From: Candidatus Micrarchaeota archaeon
Lineage (GTDB): Archaea > Micrarchaeota > Micrarchaeia > Norongarragalinales > Norongarragalinaceae
Direction of reading: 5' to 3'
Assembly: GCA_016207165.1 (NCBI GenBank)
Contig: JACQQD010000008.1
Location: forward strand, 117,447-181,446
Length of the DNA stretch: 64,000 bases
Part shown: in pieces, positions 38,629-48,622 of the stretch
Layout: every line of letters starts with the position of its first letter
Numbering within the stretch: the stretch's first letter is position 1
The notes under the pieces: generated by a model
Told to the model about the DNA's origin: nothing
The model's input: the letters and a program-made list of their open reading frames with translations, nothing else
Databases searched by the model: none
Program-made: the position numbers and the translations under genes

Positions 38629-39783
38629 ATGCGGATTGGTTTTTTTACGGATACGTTTTTGCCGAACATCGACGGCGTGGTCACGTCCATTCAGAACGCG
38701 CGCGGGTTTTTGACGCGCCACGGGCACGACGTGTACGTGTTTTCGGCGGGAAGCAAAAGCGACGCGGCTCAGAACGCGGACGAAAACGTGTTTTTCTTCC
38801 GTTCCATCGCGTTTCCGCCGTACCCCATGTACAAGCTGGCCTTGTTTCCGTATTTGGGTGCGGTAAGCAAGGCCAGGGAAAAGAAGTTGGATGTCGTGCA
38901 CTGTCACGCCATCACGTCCATGGGATTGGCGGCTCGGCGGGTGGCTGGGCAATTGGACTTGCCTTTGGTGGGCACGTTTCACACCATGATTACCGACGCG
39001 ACGCAGTACGTTACGCGCAACCAGTGGATCAAGTCGCGGGCGTCGAAAGTCGTGTGGAGGGGCATCTCGCTTTTCTACAAGCCGTTTGACGCGGTGACGG
39101 CGCCCTCGCAGGTGACCGCCGACTTGTTGGAAAAGCACGGCGTTGCGCGCGTCAGGGTGGTGCCCAACGGCGTGGACGTGCACCGTTTTTCGCCGGACTT
39201 GGATTCCAGGGTGGTGCGGAGCCTTTTGGGGTTGGAAGACGACGAGGCCATGGTGTTGGTGGCCGGCCGGTTGGGTTTTGAAAAGAACGTGGACGTCGTC
39301 ATCCAGGCCGCCCAGCGCGTGCTGAAAAAAAGGAAGGCGCGGTTCGTGGTGACGGGCGACGGGCCGGCTCGGCCGTCGCTTCAGGCGTTGGCGAAAAAAG
39401 CCGGGGTTCGTGACGCGTTCGAGTTCGAGGGTTTCGTGAACTCCAAGGCGTTGCCGTATTATTATGCGGCGGCGGACGTGTTGGTTTCCGCGTCGGCATT
39501 TGAGACGCAGGGCTTATCGATTTTGGAGGCCATGGCGGCCGGCTGTCCGGCGGTTGGAGCCAACGCGTTGGCGATTCCGGAGGCCATTGCCGACGGTCGA
39601 AACGGGTTCTTGTTTGAGCCGTTCAACGCAAGCGATTGCGCGGACAAGGTTTTGGCGGTGTTGGACGCCGATTCGAGGCAGTCGTCCAACTTGTCGAGGG
39701 CCGCCCGCAGGACGGCGGAAGGCTATTCCTTGGAGAAAACGGGCGGGGAATGGTTGGACGTGTATGAATCCGTGATGGGTTAG
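38629..39783 (+). CDS. Glycosyltransferase family 4
   Basis: FTDTFLPNIDGVVTS, GRLGFEKN, ETQGLSILEAMA. Confidence 0.9.
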   Translation: MRIGFFTDTFLPNIDGVVTSIQNARGFLTRHGHDVYVFSAGSKSDAAQNADENVFFFRSIAFPPYPMYKLALFPYLGAVSKAREKKLDVVHCHAITSMGLAARRVAGQLDLPLVGTFHTMITDATQYVTRNQWIKSRASKVVWRGISLFYKPFDAVTAPSQVTADLLEKHGVARVRVVPNGVDVHRFSPDLDSRVVRSLLGLEDDEAMVLVAGRLGFEKNVDVVIQAAQRVLKKRKARFVVTGDGPARPSLQALAKKAGVRDAFEFEGFVNSKALPYYYAAADVLVSASAFETQGLSILEAMAAGCPAVGANALAIPEAIADGRNGFLFEPFNASDCADKVLAVLDADSRQSSNLSRAARRTAEGYSLEKTGGEWLDVYESVMG

Positions 39784-40421
39784 GCGTCCAGCCGGCTTTC
39801 GATTTGTTCTTTGGAGTGGAATCCTTCGAGTTTTTCGGCGTTTAAAACCAGGGTGGGGTACCGCGTGACTTGGTGGATTTCTTTTAGGGCGTTGACTGCC
39901 GGCATGTTCAAGCTGGAGTCCAGGGCGTAAATCAAGAGTTCGGGGCGGTCTTTTTTCAGGGGCGGGCCTACCAGGCCTTGTTTGAGGCATTCGGCGCAGT
40001 CTTTCGTGTAGAAATACAAGAGGGTCTGCGTCTTGGCTCCGCATTCCTCTTTGATTTTTTGGGTCAACAGGTAGTCGCGGACTTGTTTGAGGGTGTACTC
40101 GCGTTTGAGTTTCAAGACGTTTTCGTCGCTGGGGCCTTGGCTGTGCTCAAGGGCGTCGATTTTGACGCCGAATGCCGTGGTTTCCAAGTCAAATTCCGAA
40201 AGCGTGGATTGGTAGAAGGGGCACAGCGTGGTGGTGGAGTTGGGGTTGAACAGCAACAGCACTTCCAGTTCTCCGGTGCGGCTTTGCAAAAGCGAGAGCT
40301 CCGAGGCCAGCTGGTTGGAGGCGTCCTCTGCAATGAAGGCGCCGGTGAGGATGCCGACGGCGAACAAAAACGCGGAGATGGCAAACGCCGCGGCGTAGGT
40401 TTTCCAGGAAATGCTTCGCAT
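39780..40421 (-). CDS. Membrane-anchored thioredoxin-like protein
   Basis: N-terminal TM; LYFY..CAEC..QG; YPTLV. Confidence 0.75.
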   Translation of the reverse strand: MRSISWKTYAAAFAISAFLFAVGILTGAFIAEDASNQLASELSLLQSRTGELEVLLLFNPNSTTTLCPFYQSTLSEFDLETTAFGVKIDALEHSQGPSDENVLKLKREYTLKQVRDYLLTQKIKEECGAKTQTLLYFYTKDCAECLKQGLVGPPLKKDRPELLIYALDSSLNMPAVNALKEIHQVTRYPTLVLNAEKLEGFHSKEQIESRLDA

Positions 40422-40468
40422 CAATGGTTTGAACCCCTTTTACCGTTTTAAGTGCTTTGGGCAACCGC

Positions 40469-41662
40469 CTACCACTTGAGTTTTTCTCTCCGAAGTTCGC
40501 GAAAGGCGGTGACCAGCCAGAAAAACGTGATGAGCGGCGTGTAGATCAACAGGTACAGCGCCAGGACGGGGGTGGAGAGGCGTTCGCCTTGCATTTGACG
40601 GATGCCCAGGTACGCCCACGCGACGGTGGCCGTGAAGATCAAAACGCCAAGGACGTGTAGGGGAGTGAGGCCAAGGTAGATGTTTTCCAAGCCGTAGGCG
40701 AAGAGTTCCCCGACGGTTCCGCTGAATACGGCGTACAGCATGAGCAAGAAGACGATGAATACGGCGAAGATGCTTAAAATCGCCAGGGGCATGACCAGCA
40801 AGCCAAAGTCTCCGTACTTGGGGGAGACCAAGTACCAATGTTTGATGATGTTTCGGATGCCGCCGCGGTGCCAGCGCACGCGTTGGTTGACCAGGGCGTT
40901 GAGGGTTTTTGGCACGCGCGTGTACACTACGGCGTCAAGGCTGGAGGCGATTTGGTATTGGTGGCCTTGGATGCGGTACGCCATTTCTTGGTCTTCCAAA
41001 ATGTTGCCTTCGTCGTAGCCGCCCACTTCGTCAAAGACGTTTCGGCGGAACATGCTGAGCGGCCCTGGGGTGACGGTGACGGAGTGGATGAAGGACTGGA
41101 GTTTTCTTGAAAAAACGGTGAGCAGGTACTCGACGCGCTGGAGTTTTTCCAACACGGTCTTGGGTTGGTACACTTTCATCAGGGGCGTGACGGCCGCGAC
41201 TTTCGGGTCGGAAAAGTATCCCACCATGTGAAGGAGAGCGTCTTTTTGAATGAAGGAGTCCGCGTCCAAGGTGGCCACGAGTTCGGTCTTGGTTTTGGAC
41301 AAGGCGTTGTTCAGGGCCCGGGCTTTGCCCGCGTTTTTCTGGCGGATCAACGTCACGTTCTTGTGTTTTTCGGCGAACGGCCGTGCAATCATTGGGGTTC
41401 TGTCTTTGGAGCCGTCGTCCACCACGATGATGTTCTTGACCCCTTTTTTGTAGTCCACGTCCAAGACGGATTGGATGGTTTGCGCGAGGCCGTCTTCTTC
41501 GTTGTACGCGGGAATGATGATGGTCAAGGACGGGAGTTTCTTGGGTGGTTTTGGGGATTCGCGGACGCGTTCGCGGTTTTCCAGGTACACCAAGATAAAA
41601 AATACGGTGGCAAACAGCGTCAAAAAAGACAGTCCGTAGGCCAAAAGCAACCGGATTTCCAT
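40469..41662 (-). CDS. Processive GT2 glycosyltransferase (PgaC/IcaA-like)
   Basis: PAYNEE, DDGS, GKA, DADS, ED, QRVRW; C-terminal TMs. Confidence 0.9.
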   Translation of the reverse strand: MEIRLLLAYGLSFLTLFATVFFILVYLENRERVRESPKPPKKLPSLTIIIPAYNEEDGLAQTIQSVLDVDYKKGVKNIIVVDDGSKDRTPMIARPFAEKHKNVTLIRQKNAGKARALNNALSKTKTELVATLDADSFIQKDALLHMVGYFSDPKVAAVTPLMKVYQPKTVLEKLQRVEYLLTVFSRKLQSFIHSVTVTPGPLSMFRRNVFDEVGGYDEGNILEDQEMAYRIQGHQYQIASSLDAVVYTRVPKTLNALVNQRVRWHRGGIRNIIKHWYLVSPKYGDFGLLVMPLAILSIFAVFIVFLLMLYAVFSGTVGELFAYGLENIYLGLTPLHVLGVLIFTATVAWAYLGIRQMQGERLSTPVLALYLLIYTPLITFFWLVTAFRELRREKLKW

Positions 41663-41687
41663 ATGGATTTTTTTTGTTTTCCTGGCT

Positions 41688-41975
41688 TTAAGAGCCCGCG
41701 TGGTGCGCTTTTTCCCAGTGCTTTCCTAGGTATTCGAACATCTCGTGAAAGGTTTCCAGTTCCCGGCGAAACTGGGGGACGTACATTCGCGCGCTTTCGC
41801 GTGGGTCGCCTTCCAGTTTTTCGATTTTTTCACCGTGGTCTCGAATGTATCGTTTGAGTCTTTCTTCCAACTGCGGGTAGTCAACGGTGCCCTCGTCGCT
41901 CATGAGCCTGAATCCGATGTGTAGTTCCGGCTTTTTTTCCTTGACGTATTCCAGGAAACGTTTGATGTGACTCAC
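41688..41975 (-). CDS. Hypothetical protein
   Basis: 95 aa; overlaps the upstream stop. Confidence 0.55.
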   Translation of the reverse strand: MSHIKRFLEYVKEKKPELHIGFRLMSDEGTVDYPQLEERLKRYIRDHGEKIEKLEGDPRESARMYVPQFRRELETFHEMFEYLGKHWEKAHHAGS

Positions 41976-42679
41976 CGCACGATGGCGTAGCGCTTCGTCT
42001 TTTTCCCCAAGAGGAAGTTGACGGTGGTGTGGCCCCAGTCCAACAACAACCCCATCCAGCCTTCTTTTTGGAGGCGGCGGTTGGATGTGTACGCCGTGTA
42101 TTGGTTCAAAAGAACGACTCGGCCGAACTTCGAGATGCGGAGGGACAAGTCTTGGTCTTCGGAGGCGTGCATTTGCTCGTCAAATCCATGCACTTTCCAC
42201 AAGGTTTTTGCCCGGTAGAACACGCAGTTGCCGGCAATGACCGGTTTTCCGAATGCGGTGGAAACGCGGACGATGGCGTTGAGCAACGTAAAGAACAGTT
42301 GCGTGTTCCAATCCGTCACGCTCGGCCGGATTTCGCAGCCCACGCTGACGACGTCGGGCTGCATGTCCAGGATTTCCAGGGCTTCCTCTACGAATTCTTT
42401 TTGGGGTTTCGTGTCCGCGTCGCAGAAAAGCAGGACGTCGCCGTTGGCTTTTTTCGCGCCGGCGTTGCGGCCCGCGGCGATGCTGGCGTTCTTCCAGTCT
42501 TTTCCGCGTTCGCGCACCACGTTCGCGTATTTTTTGGCGATGGCGCGTGTGGCGTCGGTGCTGTGGCCGTCCGCGACAATGAGTTCCGCATTCTTGGGAG
42601 TGACTTTTCGGAGGTGTTTCAGGGTGGCGGCGATGCCTTGGGCTTCGTTGAGTGTGGGGATGATGACGGAGAGCTTCAT
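41972..42679 (-). CDS. Glycosyltransferase family 2
   Basis: IIPTLNEA, DGHSTD, GRNAGA, DAD, SED, TSNRR. Confidence 0.9.
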   Translation of the reverse strand: MKLSVIIPTLNEAQGIAATLKHLRKVTPKNAELIVADGHSTDATRAIAKKYANVVRERGKDWKNASIAAGRNAGAKKANGDVLLFCDADTKPQKEFVEEALEILDMQPDVVSVGCEIRPSVTDWNTQLFFTLLNAIVRVSTAFGKPVIAGNCVFYRAKTLWKVHGFDEQMHASEDQDLSLRISKFGRVVLLNQYTAYTSNRRLQKEGWMGLLLDWGHTTVNFLLGKKTKRYAIVR

Positions 42680-42706
42680 CAGAGCAAAGCACGCCGTTTG
42701 GAGTTA

Positions 42707-45049
42707 TTAATCCGCTGGCAGGCGGGTTTTCTCGGTCATGGCGCGCAAGCGCTCCAGCATGATTTTCTGTTCGGCGGATGCCACGACTTTGCGGGTCACG
42801 TCGATGACGTCGGCGTTGACGGAGACGCTGTCAATGCCGAAGCGCACCAGGGCTTCCGCGAATTCGGGGTAAACCGAGGGTGCCTGGCCGCAGCAGGAGA
42901 CGTTCACGCCGAACTTGTGGCAGGATTCAATGACGCGTTGGATGGACTTGATGACGGCCGGGTCGCGTTCGTCGAAGTCTTCGGCGACCAAGCTGGAGTC
43001 GCGGTCCAATCCCAGGGTCAGTTGGGTGAGGTCGTTGGAGCCGATGCTCATGAAGTCTACGCCCAACTGGCAGAATTCTTCCGCTAAGACCGCCGTGGAT
43101 GGCACTTCGCACATGATGCCCAATTTGAAGTCCTTGTTCTGGTGTAAGCCGCTTTCCTCGACCAAGGCCTTGCAGAGCTTGTATTCGTGGAGGGTTCTGA
43201 CAAAGGGAATCATGAGCCACAAGTTGGTCAACCCGAATTCCTCGCGGACTTTCTTGATGGCGGCCAGCTCCATGCGGAAGACTTCGGGGTCCTTGATGTA
43301 GCGGAAGCAACCGCGGAAACCGATCATGGGGTTTTCTTCCTTGGGTTCAAACTCTTCACCGCCTTCCAAATTCCGGTATTCGTTGGTCTTGAAGTCCGTG
43401 GCGCGGTAAATCACGGGGCGGGGAAAAAATTCGGAGCAGGCTTTGCGCAAGCCGTTGGCCACGGCGTCAATGAATTCCTGTTGGCGGCCTTCAGCAATCA
43501 ACTTTCGGGGGTGAACTCCTAAGCCGGCGACCATGAACTCGGCTCGCAGCAATCCGATGCCGTCAACGTTCTTGGAAGCGACTCGGTCGGCCAGCTCCGG
43601 TTCGGCGAGGTTGACGTAGATTTTGGTGCCGGTGACCAGTGGAGCGCCGGCAGAAACGGAGGCCGCCGCTGGCGCGCTGGATTCCAGTTTGACTTCGCCG
43701 TCATAGATGACGCCGCGCTTCGCGTCCACGGTGACTTTTTGGCCGTCGGAAAGCGTTTGGGTGGCCGTGTTGGTGCCGACGATGCAGGGCACGCCCAGTT
43801 CCCGCGAAACGATGGCGGCGTGGCACGTCATGCCGCCTTCATCGGTGACGATGGCCGCCGCGCGCTTCATGGCGGGCACGTAGTCCGGCGACGTCATTTT
43901 GGCGACCAGGATGTCGCCTTTTTGGATTTTGTCGATTTGCTTGGCGGATTGAAGGATTTTTACCGGTCCAAAGCCGATGCCCGGCGCCGCTCCAAGGCCT
44001 TTCAGAAGCACCGTGGCTTTGCTTGCGTCCATTCCTTCACTCACCTCTTCTTCCTGGTTTTCCTTGTACGTGGTAATGGGCCGGCTTTGCACGATGAAGG
44101 CGTCTCTTCCTTCGATGGCCCACTCGATGTCCTGCGGCTTTCCGTAGTGGTCCTCGATTTTGCGCCCCAAACCCGCAATGATGGTGATTTCTTCGTCGGA
44201 GAGCTTCTGGTTCTCCTGCATTTCCTCGGGCACTTCCTCGTCGCGCGTCACGGTCCCGACGCGGACGACCATTTGGGTCTGTTTGCGGACGCCTTTCTCG
44301 ACGATCTTGTTGGAGTTCTTGTCAACGACGTAGTGGTCCGGGGAAATGGATCCGGATACGATGGCTTCCCCCAATCCGAACCCGGCTTCAATCACGATTT
44401 TGGTCCGGTCGTTCGTCATGGGCTCGACGGTGAACATGACTCCGGACTTGTCGGATTGCACCATTTTCTGGATGACCACCGCGATGCCGACGTCGACGTG
44501 GTCAATGTCTTGGTCTTGGCGGTAGTAGATGGCTCTGGCTTCAAAAAGCGACGCCCAGCATTTCTTTACGGCGTCCACCACGGCGTCGGCGCCCTTGACG
44601 TTCAAAAACGTGGCCTGTTGGCCGGCGAATGACGCCTCTGGCAAATCCTCGGCGGTGGCGCTGGAGCGGACGGCGACGAGCACCTCGCTTTCGTTGGAGG
44701 GGATGAATGTGGCGCCGCACAGCTTGTTGTAGGCCCGAACGATTTCGGCGCGGATGTCGGAGGGCACTTGCTTTTCGAGGATGGCGTCCTTGATTTCTTC
44801 GCTGACGCTTTGCAGTTTTTTGGAGTCTTCAGGATCCAAGTTCTCGGTTTTCACGCGCACCAGGGCGTCCAGACTGGAACGGTTCATGAAGTCGTGGTAG
44901 GCTTGCGCGGACGTGATGAAGCCGGGAGGCACGGGGAAACCGGCTTGCGTCATTTCCCCCAAATTGGCTCCTTTTCCTCCGGCGACGCTCAGGGAGGCCT
45001 TGCTTAATTCATTGAACCAGTAAACGACTTGCGTCAAACGTTTCCCCAC
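42707..45049 (-). CDS. ppsA: Phosphoenolpyruvate synthase
   Basis: GGKGANLGE, VRSSATAED, SFAGQ, GGMTCHAAIVSRE, EENPMIGFRG, SIGSNDLTQ. Confidence 0.95.
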   Translation of the reverse strand: MGKRLTQVVYWFNELSKASLSVAGGKGANLGEMTQAGFPVPPGFITSAQAYHDFMNRSSLDALVRVKTENLDPEDSKKLQSVSEEIKDAILEKQVPSDIRAEIVRAYNKLCGATFIPSNESEVLVAVRSSATAEDLPEASFAGQQATFLNVKGADAVVDAVKKCWASLFEARAIYYRQDQDIDHVDVGIAVVIQKMVQSDKSGVMFTVEPMTNDRTKIVIEAGFGLGEAIVSGSISPDHYVVDKNSNKIVEKGVRKQTQMVVRVGTVTRDEEVPEEMQENQKLSDEEITIIAGLGRKIEDHYGKPQDIEWAIEGRDAFIVQSRPITTYKENQEEEVSEGMDASKATVLLKGLGAAPGIGFGPVKILQSAKQIDKIQKGDILVAKMTSPDYVPAMKRAAAIVTDEGGMTCHAAIVSRELGVPCIVGTNTATQTLSDGQKVTVDAKRGVIYDGEVKLESSAPAAASVSAGAPLVTGTKIYVNLAEPELADRVASKNVDGIGLLRAEFMVAGLGVHPRKLIAEGRQQEFIDAVANGLRKACSEFFPRPVIYRATDFKTNEYRNLEGGEEFEPKEENPMIGFRGCFRYIKDPEVFRMELAAIKKVREEFGLTNLWLMIPFVRTLHEYKLCKALVEESGLHQNKDFKLGIMCEVPSTAVLAEEFCQLGVDFMSIGSNDLTQLTLGLDRDSSLVAEDFDERDPAVIKSIQRVIESCHKFGVNVSCCGQAPSVYPEFAEALVRFGIDSVSVNADVIDVTRKVVASAEQKIMLERLRAMTEKTRLPAD

Positions 45050-45139
45050 CGGACGCGCCGTGCTTTGGCGCCTGACGGAAAAAGAAATTCGTCAGTTGAC
45101 GCTTACAAGGGTTTCAACGTTTAAAACGCTTTGGCCGGC

Positions 45140-46144
45140 TTACGGGGTTTTCGGTACCGGCACTTTTTTCCCGGTGGTGGCCGAATCCACGCAGGCCTGG
45201 GCAATCGCGATGGCGTTGAGGCCGTCTTGCGCGGTGCAGAGGGGTTTCTCGTTTCCTTTTGCGGCTTCCAAAAAGTGCTCCAGTTCGGCGCGAAGGGGTT
45301 CTTTTTTGGTGAAGTACGGCCGCATTTCCGTCCCGCGTCCGGCCCGCCACAAAATCTCATCAAAGGTCTTGTACTCGGGTTTCTGGTCGCCTTGAAGCGT
45401 GACGGTGAGTTCCTGGGTAATGTAATCCAAGTGAGCGGATCCTTTTGTGCCGGTAACGATGAGTTGCCTCGTCTTGATGGGGGTGACGCGGTTGGTTTCC
45501 ACGGCCGCGTAAAATCCGGGAAATTCCAAAATCGCGGAGGCCACGTCGTAGGAATCCAAGACGGCTTGATGGACGCCGAACACCGTTTCCGGCTTTTTGC
45601 CGGTCAGGTAGCACAATACGTCCATGTCGTGCACGCCTTGGTCAAAGAAGGCGTGGCCGAGTTTTCGAGGCGACGGCACGCCGAAGCGGTGGGCGGAGGC
45701 GTACACGATGTCGCCGATTTGGTGCAGGTGTTTCTTGAGGGTTTGAACTCCCGGGTTGAAGCGCTCGATGTGGCCCACGCACAAAACGGCTTCGTGTTTT
45801 TCGGCCAGGGCTTTCAGCGCCACGCCTTCGGGAATCGAGGCCGCCAACGGTTTTTCCACGAGGCAGGCGATGCCTTTCTCCAAAAGGATGCCGGCGACTT
45901 GGGCGTGAAACGGCGTGGGGACCACGATGCTTGCGGCCTGCGGTTTTTCCTTTAACGCTTCTTGCAAGGAGTCGTGGACGCGGACTTTGCCGTCCAAGTT
46001 CATTTCAGTGAGTTGTTTCTTGGATTCCGCGTTGGGTTCCACCACGTGCACAAACGCCACGTCGTGCATGGCGACGTAGTTTCGGATGTGGTGCCGTCCC
46101 ATGGCGCCGGCGCCTACCACTAAGACGTTCATGGGCTGTTTCAT
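45140..46144 (-). CDS. Gfo/Idh/MocA oxidoreductase
   Basis: GAGAMG, VEKP, GHIERFNP, VHDMD. Confidence 0.9.
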   Translation of the reverse strand: MKQPMNVLVVGAGAMGRHHIRNYVAMHDVAFVHVVEPNAESKKQLTEMNLDGKVRVHDSLQEALKEKPQAASIVVPTPFHAQVAGILLEKGIACLVEKPLAASIPEGVALKALAEKHEAVLCVGHIERFNPGVQTLKKHLHQIGDIVYASAHRFGVPSPRKLGHAFFDQGVHDMDVLCYLTGKKPETVFGVHQAVLDSYDVASAILEFPGFYAAVETNRVTPIKTRQLIVTGTKGSAHLDYITQELTVTLQGDQKPEYKTFDEILWRAGRGTEMRPYFTKKEPLRAELEHFLEAAKGNEKPLCTAQDGLNAIAIAQACVDSATTGKKVPVPKTP

Positions 46145-46331
46145 GCGACAAACCAAATAAATAGTTGGGTTCCGGAAGCGGGTGCACAACGCACGAGGGG
46201 GTGTCCGGCACCCACCCCGGATGTATGTAAAGTATGTTTTACATTATGTATATAAAGCTTTACGTCGGGTTTTGGGTGTTTCCCTTGGCGAAATCTCTTA
46301 AGTTTCCGTTTCCACTTTGAGTGTCCGATTT

Positions 46332-46439
46332 GCGGCTGTGGTCTAATGGTTTGCTTCCTGGTTTCAAGATTCAAACCGGATATTGGCATGATTCGAGCTT
46401 CCCAAGCTCGCTGCGCGGGTTCGATTCCCGCCAGCCGCA
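46332..46439 (+). tRNA. tRNA-Gly(CCC) with a ~37-nt intron in the D-loop
   Basis: Acceptor stem GCGGCTG/CAGCCGC; anticodon arm CGAGC-TTCCCAA-GCTCG; T arm GCGGG-TTCGATT-CCCGC; hairpin-forming insert at ~46350-46386. Confidence 0.9.
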
Positions 46440-46550
46440 TTCAGTCCAGGTCTGTGTGCGCAATTGGTCAGATTGTGCCGTATTGCGCAAGAATATGCAG
46501 AATACGGCACTATTTAACCTCAGGCCTGTTTGGCCATTGACGAGCGGGTC
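46429..46550 (+). repeat. att core plus left end X (copy 1)
   Basis: Diverged direct repeat of 48718-48837 (cagtccaggtctgtgtgcg ... gcactatttaacctcaggcc). Confidence 0.9.
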
Positions 46551-46625
46551 TTCGTTCAAAATTGGATCAAGTGCATAGCGTTGTTCCCGCGTTTCTCTTG
46601 AAAATGACGGCGCGTTTGATATTAT

Positions 46626-47648
46626 TTAATGTTGGGCGGGTACTTTTTCAACATGCCAGAGTTGCCGTTGAGGGTCAAACCGTGCTCGAAACAAAGACTG
46701 CATGACTTCCGCATCCACTCCAAGGGAGTCTAAATGAGGACGAAAGTGTTGAATCATCGCTTCTCGCAAGGAAGGATCCATCAGGTGTTCTTTGAGGGAA
46801 GCGTGGTTCGCGCCCCATACCATTCCAATGGTTGGTTTTTTACCGCGCTCTTTGGCGACGGTTTCCGCAACGATCTCTTCCAATTTTTTCGCACCCATCG
46901 CATTTCGGAACTCGGATGCGGCCGTTGGAAAGAAGCTTCCAGAGTACCAAGCTAACGCGCGTCGGGCAATTTCCCTTCGACGGATTTCACCCGGCCAAGA
47001 GACGGCATGAAGCAACGCTTGAAACGGAGGCAAAAAGGCGTAAGAAAAGGCGGCTGCGCCAGCTTTCAAACCTACTTTTTTTCCCAATCCTAAAAATGCC
47101 CGACGCGAAAGGGTGGCCGAATCCCTGATTTCTTGAGCTCTTTTAAGACGCGCTTCAAGCTTTTTGAGTTTATTTGATCGTGATTTTCCTTGTTGGGCTA
47201 ATTCCGTTTTATGGGCCTGAATTTCGCCCTCGATTAGTTTTTGTGCGGCTTCTTGTTGACCTCTGGCCTTTTTCTTCTCGAGTATTTCTAGCAGGTCAAG
47301 CAAGGCAGATCCGCCTAGTAGCATCCCGATAATTCTTCCCGGTCCGGGCCTGTATTTGAGCCGAAGGTTCACGTCCTCCCGATTCAAGTCAAAATCCCCT
47401 AACCAGACTTCCGCTCCACCTTGAGCCGCTTTGGCCAAAAGCATCCGCAACTTTCTGTCTCCGGCGTTTAGAGTCGCTTTGCTGTTCATCACCCGTCCAA
47501 GGTATTCCGCATCGTCTTTTTTTGTCAACGGATAATCGAAAAACAGAGCGTCCATGTGCTGCGGATCGAGGTCCGACCAGTCCTCTTGATGGGATTCCAA
47601 TTCTAGTGCGTAATGCGCCTTAGGTGTTTCAAAGCGGAGGTATCCCAT
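46626..47648 (-). CDS. Hypothetical cargo protein with an internal twin-arginine-like motif
   Basis: 340 aa; SRRAFLGLG followed by a hydrophobic stretch; visibly AT-richer DNA. Confidence 0.7.
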   Translation of the reverse strand: MGYLRFETPKAHYALELESHQEDWSDLDPQHMDALFFDYPLTKKDDAEYLGRVMNSKATLNAGDRKLRMLLAKAAQGGAEVWLGDFDLNREDVNLRLKYRPGPGRIIGMLLGGSALLDLLEILEKKKARGQQEAAQKLIEGEIQAHKTELAQQGKSRSNKLKKLEARLKRAQEIRDSATLSRRAFLGLGKKVGLKAGAAAFSYAFLPPFQALLHAVSWPGEIRRREIARRALAWYSGSFFPTAASEFRNAMGAKKLEEIVAETVAKERGKKPTIGMVWGANHASLKEHLMDPSLREAMIQHFRPHLDSLGVDAEVMQSLFRARFDPQRQLWHVEKVPAQH

Positions 47649-47725
47649 ATGCAATCTCTGAACTTCTTTTCTTTAAAACAATTTGACCTCCGCTTTTCGG
47701 CCGTCAATAGTCCTTTCGATCCACA

Positions 47726-47850
47726 TTTCAAATGTTTGACCTATGTCTTGAAGAACTTCTCATGCGTCTCCTTGAGGCGCGCATAAAGGAAATTCTCAAG
47801 CGTAATGGTTCGTCCGTTGTCTGAATCTTCCAGGGCCGAAAAATAGGTTA
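47726..47850 (-). pseudogene. Fic gene 3' remnant
   Basis: LTYFSALEDSDNGRTITLENFLYARLKETHEKFFKT*VKHL, near-identical to the C-terminus of 49462-50415. Confidence 0.9.
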
Positions 47851-47898
47851 ATAAGATAGTCTTACCAATAAGACTTTAGCTGAAAATGAGGTGTTCAT

Positions 47899-48180
47899 AT
47901 GGCTCGTTCAAAGGACCTTCAAATCACGAAGATGTCGTCCCGCGGCCAAATCGTCATTCCGGAAGGCATCCGGGACGAACTGGACCTGCACGCCGGATCC
48001 ACGTTCGTCGTATTCGGAAAAAAGGAAGCGGATGCCATCATGCTGAAAAAACTGGAGTTTCCCGAACCGAGCAAAGCCTTTGACGAAATGGCGCAATGGG
48101 GAGAAAAACACGCCAAATCGAAAGGGTTGGATACGTCCGCCAGCAGAATCGTTGAAAACCAGCACAAACGCAGAAAATGA
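47899..48180 (+). CDS. AbrB/MazE-family antitoxin
   Basis: KMSSRGQIVIPEGIRDELDL. Confidence 0.9.
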   Translation: MARSKDLQITKMSSRGQIVIPEGIRDELDLHAGSTFVVFGKKEADAIMLKKLEFPEPSKAFDEMAQWGEKHAKSKGLDTSASRIVENQHKRRK

Positions 48181-48590
48181 CTTCCCTTCCAAGCGTGGTT
48201 TTTGACACGAACGTCCTGGTGTCCGCCATCTTGTCCACGAAAGGGGCCTCATACGCACTGGTGCGCCTCGCTGCCGAGGGAAAAATCGTCGGCTACACGT
48301 CCAAGACGCTGATGGATGAATTCCGGGAGATCATCCAGCGGGATTACGAAGTCTCGCCGGAGAGGGCCAACCGCATGGTCGACGTGTTCCTGCAGTTCCT
48401 GAAAATAGTCGACCCCACCATTCGACTGGACGCCGTCCGCGAAGATCCGGATGACAACCGTGTTTTGGAATGCGCCGCCATGGCCAACGCGAAATTCGTG
48501 GTTTCCTGGGATCCGCACCTCACCAAACTTGGCAGGTTCGAGGAGATTCAAATCTTGAATCCGGGAAAAATGCTCGGTTTGCTGAAGTAA
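48177..48590 (+). CDS. PIN-domain toxin
   Basis: VVFDTNVLVSA, EDPDDNRVLECA, SWDPHL; ATGA overlap. Confidence 0.9.
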   Translation: MTSLPSVVFDTNVLVSAILSTKGASYALVRLAAEGKIVGYTSKTLMDEFREIIQRDYEVSPERANRMVDVFLQFLKIVDPTIRLDAVREDPDDNRVLECAAMANAKFVVSWDPHLTKLGRFEEIQILNPGKMLGLLK

Positions 48591-48622
48591 ACCGAACGGC
48601 ATCAGGTCTGTTTCTTTTTAAC

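Noticed and set aside
46213-46262. AT-rich inverted repeat atgtaaa..tttacat upstream of the tRNA
   Set aside because: Short and compatible with an ordinary promoter or operator; no further support
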